Under the pieces are notes generated by a model. It was given only the letters and a program-made list of their open reading frames with translations. It did no database searches and was not told the origin of the DNA. The position numbers and the translations under genes are program-made. This document shows positions 57,460 through 64,000 of a stretch of 64,000 nucleotides of DNA, one piece after another. Numbering within the stretch: the stretch's first letter is position 1; every line of letters begins with the position of its first letter. Origin of the DNA: the human T2T-CHM13v2.0 reference genome, Homo sapiens; NCBI RefSeq assembly GCF_009914755.1, contig NC_060927.1; one strand, given 5' to 3'.

Positions 57460-58555
57460 TTTTATTATTTTTATTTTTTATTATACTTTAAGTTCTAAGG
57501 TACGTGTGCACCACGTGTAGGTTTGTTACATAGGTATACATGTGCCATGTTGGTTTGCTGCACCCATCAACTAATCATTTGTATTAAGTGTTTCTCCTAA
57601 TGCTATCCCTCCCCCAAACCCCCACCCTGCTGACAGGCCCTGATGTGTGATGTTCCCTGCCCTGTGTCCAAGTGTTCTGATTGTTCAGTTCCCACCTATG
57701 AGTGAGAACATGCGGTGTTTGGTTTTCTGTCTTTGTGATAGTTTGCTGAGAATGATTGTTTCCAGCTTCATCCATGTCCCTGCAAAGGACATGAACTTAT
57801 CCTTTTTTATGGCTGCATAGTATTCCATGGTGTATATGTGCCACATTTTCTTAGTCCAGTCTATCATTGATGGACCTTTGGGTTGGTTCCAAGTCTTTGC
57901 TATTGTGAATAGTGCCGCAATAAACATACGTGTGCATGTGTCTTTATAGTAGCATGATTTATAATCCTTTGGGTATATACCCAGTAATGGGACCGCTGGG
58001 TCAAATGGTATTTCCAGTTCTAGATCCTTGAGGGATTGCCACACTGTCTTCCACAATGGTTGAACTAATTTACACTCCTACCAACAGTGTGATAGCATTC
58101 CTATTTCTCCACATCCTCTCCAGCATCTGTTGTTTCCTGACTTTTTAATGATCGCCATTCTGACTGGTGTGAGATGGTATCTCATTGTGGTTTTGATTTG
58201 CATTTCTCTGATGGCCAGTGATGGTGAGCATTTTTTCATGTGTCTTCTGGCTGCATAAATGTCTTCTTTTGAGAAGTGTCTGTTCATATCCTTCACCCAC
58301 TTTTTGATGGGGTTGTTTGTTTTTTTCTTGTAAATTTGTTTGAGTTCTTTGTGGGTTTTGGATATTAGCCCTTTGTCAGATGGGTAGATTGCAAAAATTT
58401 TCTCCCATTCTGTAGGTTGCCTGTTCTCTCTGATGATAGTTTCTTTTGCTGTGCAGAAGCTCTTTAGTTTAATTAGATCCTATTTGTCAATTTTGGCTTT
58501 TGTTGCCATTGCTTTTGGTGTTTTAATCATGAAGTCTTTCCCATGCCTATGTCCT
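57460..58555 (-). mobile_element. Primate L1PA (about PA6-8) 5'-truncated insertion, 1.1 kb
   Basis: Minus-strand ORFs match the L1 ORF2 C-terminus ([11 protein letters not shown]...[27 protein letters not shown]; IPFDPAVPLLGIYPKDYKSC). Putative TSD ccttttat. Confidence 0.95.
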
Positions 58556-58738
58556 CCCTTTTATATTCTGGGGAAAATTGTGTAGAATTGATATATCTTA
58601 TTGTATATTTGATATAATTCAACAATGAAACCATTTGGGCCTAAGATTTTTTTCTGGGACACTCTAATTATGAATTTGATTATCTAATAGTTATAGGAAT
58701 CCTGAGATTATCTATTTTATCTTGGGTAAGTTTGGTAA

Positions 58739-59127
<389 letters not shown>

Positions 59128-60168
59128 ATTATCCTTTTTAATGTAAGTGGAATCTGTAATGATATCTTCCACTTTCATTTATCATATTGTTAACTTGTGT
59201 TTCCTCTCTTTTCTCTCAGTCTTACCAGAGGTTTATCAATTTTATTTATCATTCAAAGAACTTGGTCAGCTTATCGGTTTCCCTGTTTTTCTCTCTTTCC
59301 ATTTTCAACTTGATTATTTCCGGCCTTATTTGCTTTCTTTTTCTTTGGGTTTATGTTTTTTCTTCTTTTTCGAGTTTTTTAAATTAGAAGTTTATATTAT
59401 TGAGTTGAGATATCTTTTCTAATGTTACCATTCATTGCTATAAGTTTTCTATTAGACACTGCTTTAGCTGCATACAATACGTTTTGATATATTTATTTTT
59501 TATTTTGTTCAGTTCAAAATATTGTCTAGTTTTTCTTGAGACTTCCTCTTTGACCCATAAGTATTTCAAAGCATTTTGTTTAATTGCTAAGTTGGACATT
59601 TTCTGTTACCTTTCTATACTAACTTAGCTTAATTTCATTATGGTCAGAAAATATACTTTGTATGATTTCAAAATTTTTTAATTTATTAAGGTTTGTTTCT
59701 AGAGTCATGATATTGTTTATCTTGATGACTGTTTTATGGCACTTGAAAAGACTGTTTAATGAGCTTCTGTTGGGTGGAATGTTCTATAAATGTCAATTAG
59801 ATATAGTTGATTTGTGGTATTGTGCAGTTCTTTTATATCCATTCTGATTTTCTGTCTACTAGTTCTATTAATTGCTGAGAAAAGAGGGTTGAATTCTTCA
59901 ACTGTCATTATGAATGTGTCTTTCTCTCCTATCAAATATGTCAGGTTTTACTACATGTATACTAAAGCTCCCTTGTTGGGTATGTCATATTTAAGATTGT
60001 TAAGATGTTGATAAATTGACTCTTCTATTAATATATAATATTTCTTTATTTCTGATATCTGATAATTGCTTTTTTCCGAAGTCTACTTTAGTCTGTATTA
60101 ATATTAATACAGCAAATCTAGCTTTCTTTTGATTTATGTTTGCAAGGCAAATTTTTTCTCCTTTTACT

Positions 60169-60208
60169 TTTAACCTACTTTTATCATTTTTAACCTACTT
60201 TTATCATT
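60169..60208. repeat. Perfect 20-bp tandem duplication
   Basis: tttaacctacttttatcatt x2. Confidence 0.92.
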
Positions 60209-63200
60209 ACATTTGAAATGAGTTTCTTCTAGACAATACAGAGTTGGCTCATTCTTATGCATTATGATAGCTCCTGTCTTTTAATTGGTGTATTTACATC
60301 ATTTACATATAATGTAATTATCAATATGGTACTTTTAGGACTACCATTTATTAGTTTTCTATTGGTTCCCTCCTGTGCTCCTCCCTTTCTTTTTATACTG
60401 ACTTCTTTTAAAATTATTTAACCTATTTTTAGTATTCAATTTTAATTTATCTATTTTAGTTTTGGCTATATCACTCATATTTTTAGTGATGGCTCTATAA
60501 ATCTCATAGAAATTCATTATTTCATAGTCTGCTGAGAATCACTATTTTACAAATTCAAATGGAAGGTAGAAACATTACCATAATATTGGCTTTATAACCC
60601 TCACACCTTTATGTGATACTCATATATATTTCTGTACATTGAAAACTTCATCAGATGCTTATAATTTTTACTTTTGTCAGAGTAAAGAACTCAAGAGAAA
60701 AATAGCCTATTTTATTGACTATAATATTTATTATTGCTGTTGCTCTTTATGCCAAAGCTACCATTTTGCCTGGACATCAGCAAGAAGAATAGAGAACTGC
60801 ATGCACCTCTTTTTTTTATCAGATGAGTTTTTTCTAACTGGGACCATAAACCAGGTCAAAGCTCTAGTTTGCTAAATTTTGAATTGATCAAAGTTTTATA
60901 AATATTTCCTTAATACCTCTCTTCCTTCTTTCCTCCATCCTTGCATCTGCATGCATGTGCATGTACACGTACACAATCACCCACATATAACTCAATTTGA
61001 ACAAATTATATTTTCTATATAGAATTGGATTATAAAACTTTCTGATATGCCAATTATTTTAAATCTTCATTTGATAAATTTTGATCTTTAAATAGATATT
61101 AAACACGTATTGTATGAACATATCAGTGGCCTACTGAAAAATACATTGACCCAACTCCAGTCAGGCTGCAAGGAGCTGGTTAACAATATTACTAGGTGAG
61201 TCACTTAAACACTCTAAATCCTCCTTGCCGTGTGCCTTTTCCTGGATCAAGAAGGTTGAAAGGATCTGATTTCTGATATGTCATAGAAACAGCAATCATT
61301 TTCTATGTGTCTTGGTCTCCTAGACTTCTAGGATTCACAATGTCACTTAACTTTAAGTCTGACACCAATATCAAGCTCACTACAAAGAAAGCATCTCTAT
61401 TTTCCTTCTCTTCTCTTCCTACGTTGGTCTCTATCAGGCTCCTAGAGCCACTCTCACACTGCCATTATCATCCTCCTTTTGTTCTTCCTATACATTCTCT
61501 TTTTCCTTTTCAAGTTCCCTACTTTTCCCCCATGTTGAGTATCCACTTTTTTGGTTACCCAGAAAACCGCTAAAATTCAGTGTAGGCAGATTTGATTAAA
61601 GGCTGCTGCTTTTTTTTAGGGCTTTATGATGTATGATTTACTTTAGAATTGTAACATGGGATTTGTACTCAGACACACTAGAGTTGAAATTCTGTCTGCA
61701 CTAATTTAGGTGCGACCTTTACAATCTTTATGAGCTGCTTCTTCCTCATTTGTATAGATAAACAGTATTTCTCATTGATCTCAGAGAATTGTGGTGATAC
61801 CTTTATTGGTGAGTTTCATTCAGAGTTACTGGTGCATAAATATACAGCCGAATATAAATTGTCATTCTTGCTGGTTGTCTCTCTGTACCATTTTTCCTCA
61901 AAGCTCTGTGAGGAAGGTAAATATGTATTTATTTTTATAATAAAATATCAATTTATACATTTCTCACATTATGAAAGCAATACAACCAACATAACTTTAG
62001 AAGTATCAAAAAGACATAAATCCCAAACCAGTGATAATAACTATGAACATTTTTGGGGTTTTAAATTTTTTTCTAGAAAAGATTTAATAAAACATTTGTG
62101 ATCATGTCATACTAAATGTTATAATATACTTCTTTCATTCTATAGCAAACATTTTATTTACTAATCTTCAAAACTTAAATTTCCTCATTATGTATTATAT
62201 TTTATTGTGTACATATACCATGGTTTATTTAGCTAGTCTACTCACATGTTTTTAAGAAAAAAATATTTAAATATTTTCTTGTGCTATATGCTTAGAAGTG
62301 TAATTATTGGGTAAAATTGTATAAACATGAGTCTAACCAAACTTCTTTTCATGAATCTTGTTTTTTTAATGTTTGTTATCAGTTTACATTCCCACCAACT
62401 GTGCAAAAGTGTGGCCTGAAATCAATTTGATTATAGACTTGAAATCAATTGGATGATACAGTCTCCTCTTTGAAACATGCAAGTACTTTTAGGTGACTGA
62501 AGGCCTGTCTAGATGTCTGCCACCAAATTGCAATAGTGTCTCTCGATATACCTTTGATTGTGGTCTATGGAAGGGATAGTAGTTTTGGCTGGAGGTGAGT
62601 AAGACATCTTGAAGAATGGAGTATCCAGGAGTGGGGTGAGCAGACCTAGCTGGGATGGAAATAATATGAGTGAAGAGGTGGTAAAAGAGGGCTAGACAAA
62701 GTCTATTTCGAGACTTTCACCTAAGGTTAATCTTGAACATGGGAATGGACATAATATTTTCCCCTTTTCCTTCTTAACCCTTGCTTTTAGTATCCCAAAT
62801 GCTTTTATCCCTTTGGCTTCTACTATTAAAATAATCATTTAAACATAATTTGTGTCAAATAGGCTTTGGGTATGAGTTCTGTAAATATTAATTAAACAAG
62901 TAAGAAAATATATTTCACATAGCAAAAATCCTCTAATTTTTGGAAAGTGGATTTGTAGCTACCTATGTGGCTTATAGGGTAGCTCAATATTCACTCCGTT
63001 TAGACTGAATTCCGGTGTCCCCATAAGAGCAGACTGTTTCTCTGTTCTGTTCTTTGTACAGTATAGCCAATGGGAAGGCAGCACTTTGTTAAAGAGTGCC
63101 AAGTCGGGGACTTTACCTTAAACACAAGTATGCATTTCAAACCCTGAACAAACAGCCTTCTTAATAAAATAAGGGAAAGAGTTTTCTTTCTTCTATTCTC

Positions 63201-64000
63201 TAGAAATTCACAAATATCACTTGACAGGTGACAGTTCTTCCCTTACAAAAGGGGCTGTTTGCCTTTTGCTTTGGTGTTTGGGTAAACTGCAGTATGCACT
63301 GGCAGAGAATTTATTGCCTAGGGGAAGGTGTTTGCAGTTGCTGTGTTTAATCTGAAAAGAAACCCTTTTCCTTCTGTCTCCTCCCTCTCTTTTTAAGGAG
63401 GGAGAGTTGGAAATGATAGCCCCAGGGAAATAGTTCCCTTAACACCTGTCTTTGGTGTAACCTCAGCAATGTTACTTAAGACACTGTGCTCAGACTGTAT
63501 GCATTAGGAATGACAAAGTTGAAGAGGGCAGATAAACAGAAAGGGATTTCAGCAGAAACACAGGAGCTGATTCTGACCTTGCATCCTCTTAAAAACTGAT
63601 CAGGTGGAAATCCTATCATGCTGGCTAAAAAGAATCTGATTTGTTTGAAGTAATACTCATGCTATTAGTCATCTGTCCTTTCCTTTGGCAAAATATGCAT
63701 ACATACATATATATATAGTTTCAATCTGTAAAACGTGAAAAATTCTACAATGTTATATTTAGGAACTTTAGACCTGCTAATTCTAGTCCAACCTTTAGTA
63801 GATGAGAAAACTATTAAGATCCAAGTTCATCAGTGGTGACTTCTCCAACATTTCTGATAAGCATTTTTAAGAAAACCAGGGCTACACCCAACTTTCTGGA
63901 TTTCTGGACCCATTTTTCCAGCTATTATCAGAGGTGGTGTGAAGAGGTCAGGCTCCAGAGATAGATGGCTGCCTGTGTTTGAATCTAGCTCAGTTATTCA

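Overview
Primate genomic DNA, almost certainly human, from the 5' part of TP63 (3q28 in human) on the + strand. The only protein-coding sequence I can support is two exons of the TA isoforms: exon 2 (44383-44511) and exon 3 (45285-45417). Both have canonical splice sites and encode ...[43 protein letters not shown]|[44 protein letters not shown], the p63 transactivation domain. The rest is intron 1 (1-44382), intron 2 (773 bp) and the start of intron 3. These are filled with Alu, L1, L2, MIR, MaLR LTRs (THE1/MLT1), MER DNA transposons and microsatellites, including a near full-length old L1 in sense orientation (about 50.3-57.3 kb). Exon 1 and the deltaN first exon (MLYLENNAQTQFSE) were not found. 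Nearly all ORFs in the supplied track are repeat-derived or chance. I found no evidence for a wholly new biological system. The best leads are hypotheses about TA-specific regulation: a tandem acceptor at exon 2, TA-only truncated or circular products, the sense L1, and NF-kB/p63 motif clusters. There are also some odd retrotransposon structures. Repeat subfamily names come from recalled consensus sequences, and boundaries of old repeats are approximate.
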